From Alphaproteobacteria bacterium (GTDB lineage: Bacteria; Pseudomonadota; Alphaproteobacteria; SHVV01), in assembly GCA_965261735.1 (NCBI GenBank), contig OZ253470.1, forward strand, positions 4,224,001-4,288,000: a DNA stretch of 64,000 nucleotides, in the 5' to 3' direction. The notes under the pieces are model-generated. The model saw only the letters and a program-made list of their open reading frames with translations. It was not told the DNA's origin and searched no databases. A program made the translations under genes and the position numbers. How positions within the stretch are numbered: the first letter of the stretch is position 1; each line of letters starts with the position of its first letter. Positions 30,138 to 42,155 of the stretch are shown piece after piece.

Positions 30138-31277
30138 TCAGCGGGATCGGCGCCTTTTAGGTTGCGCGTCGCGAGCTTCTGCGAGCACCGTACCCTCGAT
30201 GTTGGCGTCGGTCAGGTTGGCCTGGAACAAATCCGCGTCCGAGAGGTCGGCGCCGCTCAGGTTGGCGGGCCACATCTGCGCTTTCTCCTCGCCATCCGCT
30301 CCTTTGAGCTCAACGGGTCCCAAATCCGCGTGGGACAGTTTGGCGCCCCGTAGATTGGCGTTGCTCAGGTTGCATCCCCTTAGGTCGGCATATCTGAGAT
30401 CGCCACCGGTTAGGTTCGAGTCTTGAAGATTGCAAAGAACGAACTGACCCGACGAGAGGTTGGCGCCGGCCAGGCTGCAACCGCTGAGGTCGGCGCCGCT
30501 CAGGAAGACGCCGGCGAGATCGCCGCTGGAAAAGTCCTGGCCCGCCAACTCGGCGCGGCACCCTACGGTGCCCGAAGTATCCTCCCACAACGCATGATCG
30601 CGCAGCATGACCTGGATGTCGAAGGGCAGGCGGCCGGTATTGCGGCTCACTTCCGCTCCCTGCAGATCCACGCCATTGAGCTCAACCTCGGCGAGGATGG
30701 CGCCACGCAGGTTCGCGCCCTGCAAGCGCGCCTGGCTGAGTACGGCGCGGCGTAGGTTAGCGCCGGTTAAGTTGGCGTCCTTGAGGCGCGCCGACTCCAG
30801 GTTGGCGTCGGTCAGGTCGACGCCACGCATGTCGGCGCTGGCGAGCGACGCCTCTTTGAAGTTGGCCTTTATCATCGACGAATTGCGCAGATTGGCATGG
30901 TTGAGTTTGGCCTTCTCGAAGTCTGATTCGTCGAGCATGGCCTCGGAGAGGTCGGCGCCGCGCGCGACGATCTCGGCGGAAAGGAGGGCACCTGCCCGCA
31001 GGTCGGCGTCGCGCAGAATGGCTCCCTTGAGCTTGGCGCCGTGCAAGCGGATACCGCGCAAATCGGCGCGCGCGAAATTGGCTCCGCTTGTCAGTAACGA
31101 TCAGCGATCCCGGCGCGACGGTGCTCTCGACGAACCCACAGAGCGACTCGGCGCTACGGTCGAGCACGACGGCGAGCCGAACGCGTCCGGCATAGCGTCC
31201 GTCTTTCCGGTTGTCGAGCTTGGTGCCCGGCTTTCGATGACGCACCTCGATGGCACAGGAGACGGGTATAGCGTCAT
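30138..31277 (-). pseudogene. Pentapeptide-repeat protein; 5' part disrupted by an IS1595-A internal fragment
   Basis: Many A(D/N)Lxx repeats at 30138-31089; orphan SD plus ATG (MTLYP) at 31277 beyond the IS fragment. Confidence 0.82.
31090..31266 (-). mobile_element. IS1595-A internal fragment lacking both ends
   Basis: Matches transposase codons ...VSCAIEVRHRKPGTKLDNRKDGRYAGRVRLAVV...LIVTD (1 SNP). Confidence 0.92.
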
Positions 31278-31413
31278 TCGCGCAATATTTCTCCCCCCCT
31301 TCCGCTGTGCCGATGCTTCATGTCAGTCGGCGCGATACGTTGCCTCGGCGCGACACTTGCCGCGACCGCGCTCATCCTCAACAATGAGGACAACTCGATG
31401 GGCAGCGTGCGAC

Positions 31414-32052
31414 ATGGCGGCGCCGAGCGACACCAAGATTAACGTGCACACGGCTTTCGCGACGCCGGTGGCGACGGCGCAGCTGGCCGGGGCCGAGCAC
31501 CTTAACAAGCGACTGGCGCAACTGATCCGCTCGCGCACGGACAGCCACTCGAGCACCCGGCACAGCAATCTTGGCGGCTGGCAGTCGAGCTGGGACTTCC
31601 TGGACTGGGGCGGTACCGCGGGCCGCGAGCTGTTCGATCACGTGACGTCGCTCGCGGACCGTCTCACCGCCGACCGGGAGGGCCGGCCGGTCAAGGTCAA
31701 ATGGAAGATCAACGCCTGGGCCAACGTCAACGAGCTCGGCCACGGCAACGAGTTTCACACCCATCCGGGGGCCTTCTGGTCCGGCACCTACTACGTCGAC
31801 GATGGCGGAATCGTCGCCGACCCCTCGCTCGGCGGCGAATTCGAGTTCCAGGATCCGCGCGGCGTGCTGCCGGCGATGTATGCCCCACTACTGTGCATCG
31901 CCATGCCGGGCGGCGCGTCAATGGGGGCCAGCGAGACGCTGCACCCGCGCGCCGGCATGATGGTCCTGTTCCCGGCCTGGCTGTCGCACGGGGTGCGCCC
32001 CTATCACGGCACCGGCCAGCGCATCTCCGTCGCGTTCAATCTAAGCGTGTGA
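31414..32052 (+). CDS. 2OG-Fe(II) oxygenase (TIGR02466-like)
   Basis: SNLGGWQS, AWANVN, HTHPGAFWSGTYY, DPR, FPAWLSHGVRP, RISVAFN. Confidence 0.88.
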   Translation: MAAPSDTKINVHTAFATPVATAQLAGAEHLNKRLAQLIRSRTDSHSSTRHSNLGGWQSSWDFLDWGGTAGRELFDHVTSLADRLTADREGRPVKVKWKINAWANVNELGHGNEFHTHPGAFWSGTYYVDDGGIVADPSLGGEFEFQDPRGVLPAMYAPLLCIAMPGGASMGASETLHPRAGMMVLFPAWLSHGVRPYHGTGQRISVAFNLSV

Positions 32053-32060
32053 GGGAAACG

Positions 32061-32861
32061 GTGGCGGGACGGCTTGAGGACAAGGTCGCGATCGTCACCG
32101 GGGCCGGGTCGATCGGCCCCGGCTGGGGCAACGGCAAGGCGGTGGCGGTGCTGTTTGCCCGCGAAGGGGCCAATGTCATGGCCCTCGACATCAATCTGGA
32201 GGCGGCGCAGGAAACCGCCGCCATCGTGGCGGCCGAGGGTGGCAGGTGCACGGCGCGGCGCACCGACGTGACGCGGGGCGACGAGGTGGCCGACGCCGTG
32301 GCCCACTGCATCGACATTCATGGCCGCATCGACGTGCTCCACAACAATGTCGGCATCGCTGAGGTCGGCGGCCCCATCACTGCCAGCGAGGAAAGCTGGG
32401 ACCGGGTCAACGCCGTCAACCTCAAGAGCATGTTCCTGACCTGTAAGCACGTGCTCCCGCACATGGTGGCACGAGGCGCGGGCACGATCGTCAACGTCGC
32501 CTCGATCGCCGGCATTCGCTGGATGGGCGTGCCCTACATCTCCTACAGCGCGACCAAGGCGGCCATCCTCGCCTTCAGCCGCTCGGTGGCGCTCGAACAT
32601 GCGGGCGACGGCATCCGCTGCAACAGCATCCTGCCCGGGCTCATGGATACGCCGATGGTCGAGCACGCGCTGCGCGATTTCTACGCCGACGGCGACATTG
32701 CGCGCATGAAGGAGATTCGCGGCGCGCAATGCCCGACGGGGCGCATGGGCGACGCCTGGGACGTGGCCTTTGCCGCCCTCTACCTCGCTTCCGATGAGGC
32801 CAAGTACGTCACCGCCGCCGAGCTCGTCGTCGATGGTGGCGTCAGTGCCAAGAGCGCATGA
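32061..32861 (+). CDS. Short-chain dehydrogenase/reductase
   Basis: TGAGSIGPGWGNG, HNNVG, YSATK; GTG start. Confidence 0.9.
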   Translation: MAGRLEDKVAIVTGAGSIGPGWGNGKAVAVLFAREGANVMALDINLEAAQETAAIVAAEGGRCTARRTDVTRGDEVADAVAHCIDIHGRIDVLHNNVGIAEVGGPITASEESWDRVNAVNLKSMFLTCKHVLPHMVARGAGTIVNVASIAGIRWMGVPYISYSATKAAILAFSRSVALEHAGDGIRCNSILPGLMDTPMVEHALRDFYADGDIARMKEIRGAQCPTGRMGDAWDVAFAALYLASDEAKYVTAAELVVDGGVSAKSA

Positions 32862-32907
32862 GCGCGTGCCGGCCCGGGGTGAAGGGTGTGGCGCCGCGGA
32901 CCGGGCG

Positions 32908-34148
32908 ATGACCGCGCTGACGCGCCGGGCGCTTGCCGCGCTCGATGCCGGCGACCCGCTCGCCGGCTTTCGCCGCGCCTTCGCACTGCCCAAGGGCGTG
33001 ATCTACCTCGACGGCAATTCGCTCGGGCCGCTGCCGAGAGACGCCGCGCGTCGGCTCAACGAGGTCGTGCGCCGCCAATGGGGCGACGATCTGATCCTAA
33101 GCTGAATCGCCACCAATGGATCGATTGGCCGGCGCGAGTCGGCGACAAGATCGCGCGTTTGATCGGCGCCACTCGGGGCGAGGTCGTGGTCGCCGATTCG
33201 ACGTCGATCAATCTGTTCAAGCTGCTCGCGGGGGCGCTGCGTGCGCGCCCCAAACGCTCCGTCATCCTGTCCGAGCAGGGCAACTTCCCGACCGATCTTT
33301 ATGTCGCCCAGGGATTGACCGAGCTCCTTGGCGGCCGTCACGAGCTGCGGCTGGCCGCGAGCGAGGAGATTACGGCGAGCATCGACGAGGACGTTGCCGT
33401 CATCATGTTGACCCACGTCGACTACCGCTCGGGCGCCATGCACGACATGGCGGCCGTCAACGCGGCCGGCCACGCGAAGGGCGCGCTGATGCTGTGGGAC
33501 CTGTCGCATAGTGCCGGTGCCGTGCCGCTCGACATGCGGGCCGCCGGCACCGATCTGGCGGTCGGTTGCGGCTACAAGTACCTGAACGGCGGCCCCGGGG
33601 CGCCGGCCTTCCTGTTCGTCGCCGAGCGTCTGCAGGACGGGTTGCACCAGCCGATCACCGGGTGGATGGGACACGCCGAGCCCTTTGCCTTCGCGCCCGA
33701 CTATCGCCCGGTCACGGGGATCTCCCGCAATCTCGTCGGTACGCCGCCGATCCTCGCGCTTGCCGCGCTCGAGACCGGCGTCGATGTCCTCTTGCGTGCC
33801 GATCCCAGCGCGCTGCGCGAGAAATCGCTCGCTCTCACCGACCTCTTCATGCGCCTCGTCGAGCAAGAATGCCCGGGCCATGGGTTCACCATCGCAACCC
33901 CGCGCGAGACGGCAACACGCGCGAGCCAAGTGGCGCTACGCCACGACGAGGGCCTTCCCATCATGCAGGCGCTGATCGAAGCAGGCGTCATCGGTGATTT
34001 TCGCGCGCCCGACCTGCTACGGTTCGGCTTCGCACCGCTCTACAATCGCTACACCGACGTCTGGGATGCGGTGGCGGCGTTGTCCGAGATCATGCGGACG
34101 CGAGCGTGGGACAGCCCCGCCTTTCGCCGGCGCGCCGTCGTGACCTGA
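32908..34148 (+). pseudogene. kynU: Kynureninase with 1-bp deletion near 33103
   Basis: IYLDGNSLG, DSTSINLFK, NFPTDLY, WDLSHSAG, GCGYKYLNGGPG; AGCTGAAT needs one more G to read LILSWN. Confidence 0.9.
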
Positions 34149-34165
34149 GGCAAACGCAAAGAGTC

Positions 34166-35020
34166 GTGCCGAAATCCCGCAAAGCCGGCAGCACCGGCGA
34201 TAGCCTTCCGGACGGCGCCCACACCGATTTCGGCGACTCGCTGAGCTACGCCGACTATCTCGGCCTCGGCTCGCTGCTGTCGAGCCAGCACCCGCTCTCG
34301 GAGCGCCACGACGAGCTCCTGTTCATCATTATCCACCAGACGACGGAGCTGTGGTTGAAGCTCGCCCTTCATGAGCTCGGGGCGGCAACGGCGTCGATTC
34401 GCGAGGACCGGCTGAAGCCCGCCTTCAAGATGCTGGCACGCTTCTCGCGCATTCAATCGCAGCTCATCCAGTCGTGGGACGTGCTGTCGACCTTGACGCC
34501 CTCGGACTACATGACCTTTCGTCACGTTCTCGGCCGCGCCTCTGGCTTTCAGTCGCACCAATACCGGCTGATCGAGTTCGCGCTCGGCAACAAGAACCGC
34601 GCCCTGTTGGCGCCGCACCGCCACGACGCCGCCGTCCTGAGCCGCCTCGATGCGGCGCTCAACGCGCCGAGCCTCTACGACGAGGTGATCCGCCTGCTGG
34701 CGCGGCGCGGGTTCGCACTCGCGCCCGCCTGCGTCGAGCGCGATTGGAGCGCGCCCTACGCGGCGGACGCCTCCGTCTCCGGCGCCTGGCTCGAGGTTTA
34801 CCGCGATACCGCGACCCATTGGGACCTTTATGAGCTCGCCGAGGAGCTGGTCGATCTCGAGGATTGGTTCCAGCAATGGCGCTTTCGCCACGTCACCACG
34901 GTCGAGCGCATCATCGGCCACAAGCGCGGCACCGGAGGCACCGCTGGCGTGAGCTACTTGCGAAAGGCGCTGGATGTGCGCTTCTTCCCTGAATTGTGGG
35001 ACGTGCGCACGGCTCTCTAG
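34166..35020 (+). CDS. kynA: Tryptophan 2,3-dioxygenase
   Basis: [53 protein letters not shown]. Confidence 0.95.
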   Translation: MPKSRKAGSTGDSLPDGAHTDFGDSLSYADYLGLGSLLSSQHPLSERHDELLFIIIHQTTELWLKLALHELGAATASIREDRLKPAFKMLARFSRIQSQLIQSWDVLSTLTPSDYMTFRHVLGRASGFQSHQYRLIEFALGNKNRALLAPHRHDAAVLSRLDAALNAPSLYDEVIRLLARRGFALAPACVERDWSAPYAADASVSGAWLEVYRDTATHWDLYELAEELVDLEDWFQQWRFRHVTTVERIIGHKRGTGGTAGVSYLRKALDVRFFPELWDVRTAL

Positions 35021-35046
35021 CGCGCCCAGTACCTCGGATCGGAAGT

Positions 35047-36761
35047 ATGGCCAAAGTCTACCGCCGGACGTTCGAGTGGCGCTTCGACCAGCCGCCCGAG
35101 GCGCTGTGGCCGGCGCTCGCCGATACGGCCAAGTTCAACGAGGCCGCCGGCATCCCCAAACACGCGATCGAGGAGGTGACGCAAGCGGACGGCTCGGTGC
35201 GCTTCTTCGCCGAGGCGCGCCGGGGACCTATTCGCATTGCCTGGGAAGAGATCCCGATGGAGTGGGTCGATGGCCAATGGTTTCGCCATCTCCGCGTGTT
35301 CTCCCGGGGCCCAATCCACAGCCTGTGCGCGACGCTGCGCCTCGAGCCCGACGGCCGCGGCGGCGCCCTCGGCCACTACGAGATCGAGGCCACGGCTGCC
35401 AACTTGCTCGGCACCCTCGCCCTGGCTACCGTTTTCTTTTGGGTCGCACGGCGCATCTTCACCGGCCTCGCCGACACCGCCGGTGACTGGGCGGCAGGGC
35501 GCCGCGAGGCACCCTTCAAGGCGCCGCCGCGGCTCTCGGCTGCGGCCCACGCCCGGCTCGACGCGATGACGGCGCGCATCGACCGGTCCGCCAACGGCCA
35601 CGGCCTCGGTGGCCGGCTGGGCGGCTGGATCGCGGCCGCGCAGGAGGTCGATCTCATGCGCATCCGGCCGGTGGCGCTGGCCCGTCAATGGGGCGAGGAC
35701 GAGCGCGACGTCATCGAGATGTGCCTGCAGGCGGTCTCGGAGGGGCTGCTCGAGTTGCGCTGGGACCTGCTGTGTCCGCGCTGTCGCGGCGCCAAGCTGG
35801 TGGTCGGTGCACTCGACCAACTGCCGCGCGGCGCACACTGCGCTTCGTGCAACATCGACTACGACCGCGAGTTCACCCGCAACGTCGAGCTGACGTTTCA
35901 TCCCGCGCCCGCGGTGCGCGACGTGATCGACGGCGAATTTTGTCTCTTCGGGCCGATGTCCACGCCCCACGTCAAAGTGCAGGCGACGGTCGAGCCCGGC
36001 GAGACGCTGACGCTGCCGCAGCCGCGGTCGCGGTCGCCGCGGGGGAGGTTGCAAAAGAAGGAGAGGTCGCGCTCGTCAACGGTGAGGACCGCCGCCGCAC
36101 CTTCATTATCGAGTCGCGCGAGTGGATGCGCGACGCGCTAACCGCGCATCGCGTCACCACTATGCAGGCCTTTCGCGACCTGTTCGCGGCCGAGGCGCTT
36201 CGGCCCGGCGACGAGGCGGCCATCTCGAACGTCACGCTCATGTTCACCGACCTCAAGGGCTCGACCGAGCTCTACGAGCGGGTCGGCGATGCCGCCGCGT
36301 TCCGCCTCGTGCGCCAGCACTTCGCCTTCTTGGCCCGGGTCGTACGGGCCAACAATGGCGCGATCGTCAAGACCCTCGGCGATGCCATCATGGCCGCGTT
36401 CGCCGATCCCGCGGATGCCGTGCGCGCGGCACAGGCGATTCAAGAAGAGGTGACGGAGTTCAACGAGGCCTCGGGTGGCGAGGACATCGTCATCAAGCTC
36501 GGCCTTCACGGCGGGCCTTGCATCGCGGTGGAGCTGAACGACCGCCTCGACTATTTCGGCTCGACCGTGAACATGGCGGCGCGTCTGCAGGGCGAAAGCG
36601 TCGGCAGTGATATCGTCCTGTCCGAGGCCATCGTCAACGACCCCGCCGTCACGCACCTCCTGAGCGCCGCCGAGCTGACGACCGAGCGCCGGTCGATCAA
36701 GGGCTTCGACGAGCCGATCACGGTGCGCCGCCTAACCGGCAAGAGCCTCCTCGGCGCGTGA
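35047..36761 (+). pseudogene. Class III adenylate/guanylate cyclase (SRPBCC-like + DUF5939-like + cyclase), frame broken near 36020
   Basis: WDLLCPRC...CASC, FTDLKGST, VKTLGDA, LDYFGSTVNMAAR lie in different frames. Confidence 0.82.
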
Positions 36762-37693
36762 GCGAAGGTCGCTCTCCGGGGATCGTCGTCCCGCTGGTGA
36801 TGCTGCTCGCCGCCGGTCTCGCCTGGGGGGCGATCTTTACCGTCAACAGGATCGCCGCCGAAGCCGGCGTACCGCCAGTCGTTTACGCGTTCTGGTCGAT
36901 CCTACTGGCCGGGCTCACCATGGCGGTCGTGTCGCTCGCGGTCGAGGGGCTGCCACGCCTAGGCCCTCGCTTCCTGCTGTTCTATTTCGTCTCCGGCGTC
37001 GCCAATTTCGGCTTCGCGATCATCCTGTTCGCCTATGTGGCCGCCGAGCTGCCCGCCGGTGTGGTGACGCTGGTGATGATGATGACGCCGACCATGACGT
37101 ATGCGTTCGCCTTCGCGCTCCGAATCGAGCGGTTTCGCGTCGCGAGTTTCCTCGGGCTGCTGTTCGGCATCGGTGGCGTGCTGATGATCGTGCTCCCGGA
37201 TTTCAGCCTGCCGTCGCGCGACATGGTGGTCTGGTTCCTGCTCGCCCTGTTGGGGCCGACCTCGTTTGCCGCGGGCAACGTCTATGTGGCGATGTACCGC
37301 CCGCCCGAAGCGCCCGGATTGATGTTGACCGCGGGCCTCTGTCTCGGCGCGTGCGTCTTCATCCTGCCGGCGCTTGTCATCGCCGGCGGCGACCTCGACC
37401 CCTTGGCCCTACGGGCCGAGGGACTCGCCGCGATGGGTCTGGCGGCGCTGATTTACATCGTCACCCTGTCACTGTTTTTCGAGATCATCCGTCGCGTCGG
37501 GCCCCTGTTCTGGAGCCAGATCGGCTACGTCGCCGTGGCCTCCGGGATTGTGTGGGGCGCTGCCGTGTTCGGCGAGCGCCTCAGCGTCGGCATCTGGCTC
37601 GGCGCGGGCCTCATGGGCGTCGGATTGGCGCTCGTCAACCGAGGCGTGCGCGATGCCGCGCGTGAAACAGCGGGCCGCGTGGGGGCGGACTAG
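36758..37693 (+). CDS. DMT/EamA-family transporter
   Basis: About 10 TM helices in two EamA repeats, FGERLS. Confidence 0.85.
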   Translation: MSEGRSPGIVVPLVMLLAAGLAWGAIFTVNRIAAEAGVPPVVYAFWSILLAGLTMAVVSLAVEGLPRLGPRFLLFYFVSGVANFGFAIILFAYVAAELPAGVVTLVMMMTPTMTYAFAFALRIERFRVASFLGLLFGIGGVLMIVLPDFSLPSRDMVVWFLLALLGPTSFAAGNVYVAMYRPPEAPGLMLTAGLCLGACVFILPALVIAGGDLDPLALRAEGLAAMGLAALIYIVTLSLFFEIIRRVGPLFWSQIGYVAVASGIVWGAAVFGERLSVGIWLGAGLMGVGLALVNRGVRDAARETAGRVGAD

Positions 37694-37714
37694 GGCGGCG
37701 ATGCCGCGAGTACA

Positions 37715-39561
37715 CTAAAGGTAGAAGACGTCGAGCTCGCCGTGCCGCCCGCGAATGGGGTGGCGCCCGGCTTCTTTGGCGACGATCGTGGCGCCCGCGG
37801 CTTGTGCGGTGGTGCCACTCAACAGGATGGTGACGGCGGAGCCGGTGCGCCCGACCTCCTTCGCCAGCTGCTCGAGGCGGTTGGCTGTATTCACGGTGTC
37901 GCCGACGATCGTGTAGTTGATGCGGCCCGGCGCACCGATATTACCGACGATCACCTCGCCGCTGTGCAGCCCGATCCGCACCTCGACCGGCGGCGTCCTC
38001 AATGGGGTCGCGTCCGCGTTGTCGGCCTCGACGGCGGCGCGAATGGCGAGCGCCGCCCGGCACGCGCGCGCCGTGTGGTCGGGCTGGCTCTCGGGAGCGC
38101 CCCAGAACGCCATCACGGCATCGCCGATGAACTTGTCGATGGTCCCGCTCTCGTCCTCGATGCAGGAGCTGAGGACGGCGAAATGGTGGTTGAGGAAGGC
38201 GGCGGTCTCTCCGGCCGTCATGGCCTCCGACTGACTCGTGAATCCGGCGATGTCGGTGAAAATGACGGTTGCCTCGCGGGTGACCGATTCCTGGACCGCG
38301 GATTCGCCGTAGCGCACGAGTCGGCGCACCAGGTTGCGCGGCACGTAGGTCTCGAACCAGCGCAGGCCCGTGACCATGGAGTTGAAGGCCTGCGCCGAAT
38401 CGGTGATCTCGGTGAAGAGGCTGATGGGGAGCCGCGGCACACGCGAGAGCGACAGGTCGCGCACCTGTTGCGCGGCGCCGGCCAGGCGGTTGAGGGGCGT
38501 GCTCAGGTAGCGCGCGAACGCGTAGGCCGCCACAAGCGCAGCAGTACGAGCAGGCCGGCGATCGCCGCCCATCGCAGGCGTAGGAGCTCATCGGTAATTC
38601 GCGCCGCGGGGAAGTAGACGCCGGCGAGCCACGGCGTATCACCGTAGGTGGTGAGGCGGCGCGACAGCACGGCGACACTGTTGCCGCCAACGTCGATGAC
38701 GTTGAAACCGGTGCTGCCGGCGAGCCGCGCGACTCGGCCGACGGCGCGCTGGGGCTCGGTCAAAGCCTGGAGCACCGGGTCCGCCACTTCAGCCAGCGGC
38801 GGCATGGGCTGGGCGGCGGTCGTCGGAAAGGGGGTGTCCACGAGGCGCGGATGCGCCAGCACGAAGTTATCGTCGTAGAGCACGAAGGCAGACCCGTCGA
38901 GCCTGCTGGCGGTCTCGGCGAGCAATGCCGACAGCCGGTCGATGCGCACCGTGGCGGCGAGCAGGCCGAGGTAGCGGCCCCCGCGGTGTACGGCGTAGCG
39001 CGCGTTGATCAGCGTTACATCCGCGGGTTCGGGTTTGATGACCTCGGCCCAATAAAGACCGGCGCGCCCGCGTCCCTCCTCGAAACCGTCGCGGATCACC
39101 GACATCTTCGAAATATCCAGGACCTGGAGGTTGACCCCATCTTCTGTGCGCAGCGCGAACACCATCTTTAGATCGTCGCGGATGAAGACGACGGAGCGGA
39201 CCTGCGGCGTCGCCGCCAGCGCCCCCGAGAGATACTTGCCGAGGTCGGCGTCGACGGTATGGTCGATGGCGCCACTCTCGATCTGCCGGCCGATGTGAGA
39301 GAGCTGTTCCTCGGCCGGCCGCAAGTGCTGGGCGATTCGCCCAACGATCAACTCGATCGTGGCGGCGGACTTGTCGCGCAACAGGTCGAGCGTGTTCTCT
39401 CTGGCGCTCCACATTCTGAGCGCGAGCACAGTGACGACGGCGAGGAGAACCAGACCGCCGAAGCCGAACACGAGGCCCATCGTAATGTTGATCTGAAAGC
39501 GCGAAGGGACCGCCGGCGCGAGGTCGGTGGGCGGCTGCGTGTCTATTGTTTCCTGCGGCAT
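37715..39561 (-). pseudogene. Membrane adenylate/guanylate cyclase (extracytoplasmic sensor, HAMP, cyclase), frameshift ~38540
   Basis: FTDIAGFT, DKFIGDAVMAFWGAP, NYTIVGDTVNTANRLE; the frame switches inside TM2. Confidence 0.83.
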
Positions 39562-39721
39562 CGGCAGTGGCTTCAATGATGTCCTTCGGTGCGGAAGACT
39601 AAGGGAAATGCCCGTGCATTGCATGGAAATCGGTGCCGCGGATTGAGTTCGTTTCCAATGGCCCCACACGTCATGCGCTGGTACAACGGCATAGCGCTGT
39701 AAGCCCAAGGAGGGAGCGGTC

Positions 39722-40444
39722 GTGCACGATGTGAGCCTGCCACGGGAGATCGTCGATGCGGTCGTCGCCGCACGCGGCCGGCGCTATGTTTACGAGGCTA
39801 TAGACCCGCGCACCACGGCCTTGGTCGTCGTCGACATGCAGAATATGTTCGTCGCGGACGAGGCCCCCTTCGAGGTGCCGAGCGCGCGTGACATCGTCCC
39901 CAACATCAACCGCCTGGCCGCTGCCGTGCGCGGCGCCGGCGGTCAGGTCGTGTGGATTCAGGCGACGCAAGGGGCCGAAGGAAGTGGGCAGTTCTTCGCG
40001 CTGTATTTCGACAACTTCGTCCCTTCGGAGCGCCGTCGCGTCTGCCTCGATGCCGCGCGGGAAGGCAGCCCCCATCACGCGCTGTACGCGGGTCTCGACG
40101 TGGCGCCGGGCGACCGCCGGATCAAGAAGTCTCGCTTCAGCGCCTTTATTCAGGGCGCTTCGGACATCGAAAGGCACCTGCGCGAGGGCGGCATCGACAC
40201 GCTTCTCATCGCCGGCACGGCGACCAACGTGTGTTGCGAATCGACGGCGCGCGACGCCATGATGTTGGGCTTCAAGATCACCATGTTGTCGGACGCCACG
40301 GCCTCGCACAGCGATGCTGAGCACTTGGCCGGCCTGCTGACCATGTTTCGCTACTTCGGTGACGTGCGCACGACGGCGGAGGCAATCGCCCTGCTCGAAG
40401 CAGGTGAGGCAAAAGCGCCGGTGCTTGCGGCGGCTACGGCCTAG
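39722..40444 (+). CDS. Isochorismatase-family cysteine hydrolase (RutB-like)
   Basis: VVDMQN, KSRFSAF, GTATNVCCESTARD. Confidence 0.9.
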   Translation: MHDVSLPREIVDAVVAARGRRYVYEAIDPRTTALVVVDMQNMFVADEAPFEVPSARDIVPNINRLAAAVRGAGGQVVWIQATQGAEGSGQFFALYFDNFVPSERRRVCLDAAREGSPHHALYAGLDVAPGDRRIKKSRFSAFIQGASDIERHLREGGIDTLLIAGTATNVCCESTARDAMMLGFKITMLSDATASHSDAEHLAGLLTMFRYFGDVRTTAEAIALLEAGEAKAPVLAAATA

Positions 40445-40484
40445 CGGGGCCGAGGCGCTAGTCCGCGCCACGGGGAGCCGGCAT

Positions 40485-41474
40485 ATGGAACAGAGGCAAT
40501 TGGGTCCCCTCGGATCGGTCAGCGCGCTGGCGCTGGGCGGTGGGGGCCTCGGGCAGGTGTGGGGCGCCACCACCCGCGACGAGGCCGTGGCGACGGCGCG
40601 GGCCGCAGCCAATGCCGGCATCACGCTATTCGACCTCGCGCCGCTCTACGGCAACGGCGAGTCGGAGCGGGTCATCGGCGAGGCGTTCGCGGGACAGCTT
40701 CCGCCGGGCGTGCGCGTGGCCACCAAGGTCATGCTCGGGAACCCGCCCGCCGCCGGCGTCCATGACACTATCGTTCATTCGCTGAACGAGAGCCTGCGAC
40801 TTCTCAAGCTCGATCGCGTAGCGCTCCTTCAACTCCACTCCAATCTTATCCCCGACGGCCTCGTGGTCGACGGCGACACCGAGCGTCAGCACCGCATCAT
40901 GACCCAAATGACGACGTACGCCCGCTATGCGCGACCGGTGTTGGAGCGGCTGCGCGAGCAGGGCCGTATCGACGCCTGGGGTATTTCCGGGATCGGCCGG
41001 CCCGATTGCATCATCGAGGCGATCGCCGACGACCCCCCGCCAGCCACGGTTCAGTGCATCGCAAACCTGCTCGATTCCCCGGGCGGGCTGTACCGATTCG
41101 ATGAACCGCCGCGGCCGCGCGACATCATCGCGGCGGCCCACGCGCGCGGGGTCGGCGTGCTCGGCATCAGGGCGGTGCAGGCGGGCGCGCTTAGCGACGG
41201 TTTCGACCGCGACGTCCCCGACGATTACCCGGAGATGGCCGATTTCCGACGGGCCGCGCCGTTTCGCGCCGTGGCCGCCGAGGTTGGCGAGAATCCCGCC
41301 ATTTTGGCGCACCGTTATGCGCTATCGATGGCGGGCGTCGGGAGCGTGGTGCTCGGCGTCAAGAACCGGTCCGAACTCGAGGACTGCCTCGCCGCCGAGG
41401 CGGCGGGACCGCTCGACGCAGGCGCCATGGCCAGAATCGACGCAGCCGTCGGCCCGGGCGATGAGAGGCCTTAG
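40485..41474 (+). CDS. Aldo/keto reductase
   Basis: LGGGG, FDLAPLYG, ATK, LQLH, LGVKN. Confidence 0.87.
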   Translation: MEQRQLGPLGSVSALALGGGGLGQVWGATTRDEAVATARAAANAGITLFDLAPLYGNGESERVIGEAFAGQLPPGVRVATKVMLGNPPAAGVHDTIVHSLNESLRLLKLDRVALLQLHSNLIPDGLVVDGDTERQHRIMTQMTTYARYARPVLERLREQGRIDAWGISGIGRPDCIIEAIADDPPPATVQCIANLLDSPGGLYRFDEPPRPRDIIAAAHARGVGVLGIRAVQAGALSDGFDRDVPDDYPEMADFRRAAPFRAVAAEVGENPAILAHRYALSMAGVGSVVLGVKNRSELEDCLAAEAAGPLDAGAMARIDAAVGPGDERP

Positions 41475-41506
41475 GGACAGGGCGAGTAGAGCAGGGGACT
41501 ATCGCG

Positions 41507-42130
41507 ATGTACTACGATGTCGAGCGCAACGATCACGGCCTGCCGCACGATCCCTTCAAGAGCTGCGTCGTTCCGCGCCCGGTCGGGTGGATCAGCACGC
41601 TGAGCCGCGCCGGCATCGCCAACCTCGCACCGTTCAGCTTTTTCAACGGGGCCGGGCTCAATCCGCCGCAGGTGATGTTCGCGTCGGCGCATCAGCACGT
41701 CGAAGGCGGCGCCACCGATACCCTGATCAACATCGAGGAGACCGGTGAGTTCGTCGTCAACATGGCGACGTGGGAACTACGCGAGCAGATGAACGCGACC
41801 TCCAGGGAGGTTGAGCGATCGGTCGACGAGTTCGTGCTCGCGGGCCTCGAGAAAGTGCCGTCGGTTCAGGTCAAGCCGCCTCGCGTCAAGGCCGCGCCCA
41901 TCCACCTCGAATGCACCTATATCCGCACCATCGACCTCCCCGCCAACGATCCCAAGCAGCCCAACCTGATGGTGATCGGCCGGGTCGTCGGCATTCACAT
42001 CAGTGACGACGTGCTCACCGAGGGCATGATCGACATGAGCAAATTCAAGCCCATCGCCCGCCTCGGTTACCAGGACTACTCCGTGGCCGATAATTTTTTC
42101 ACCATGCCGTTTCCCTACACGCGTGCGTGA
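41507..42130 (+). CDS. Flavin reductase-like (DIM6/NTAB) protein
   Basis: PRPVGWIST, NLAPFSFFN, TGEFVVN, PIARLG. Confidence 0.9.
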   Translation: MYYDVERNDHGLPHDPFKSCVVPRPVGWISTLSRAGIANLAPFSFFNGAGLNPPQVMFASAHQHVEGGATDTLINIEETGEFVVNMATWELREQMNATSREVERSVDEFVLAGLEKVPSVQVKPPRVKAAPIHLECTYIRTIDLPANDPKQPNLMVIGRVVGIHISDDVLTEGMIDMSKFKPIARLGYQDYSVADNFFTMPFPYTRA

Positions 42131-42155
42131 GGCGGCCTAGACTCGGAGTCGCGCC

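Noticed and set aside
30607-32052. 481-aa plus-strand ORF
   Set aside because: Chimera of antisense pentapeptide sequence, antisense IS fragment and the real oxygenase starting at 31414
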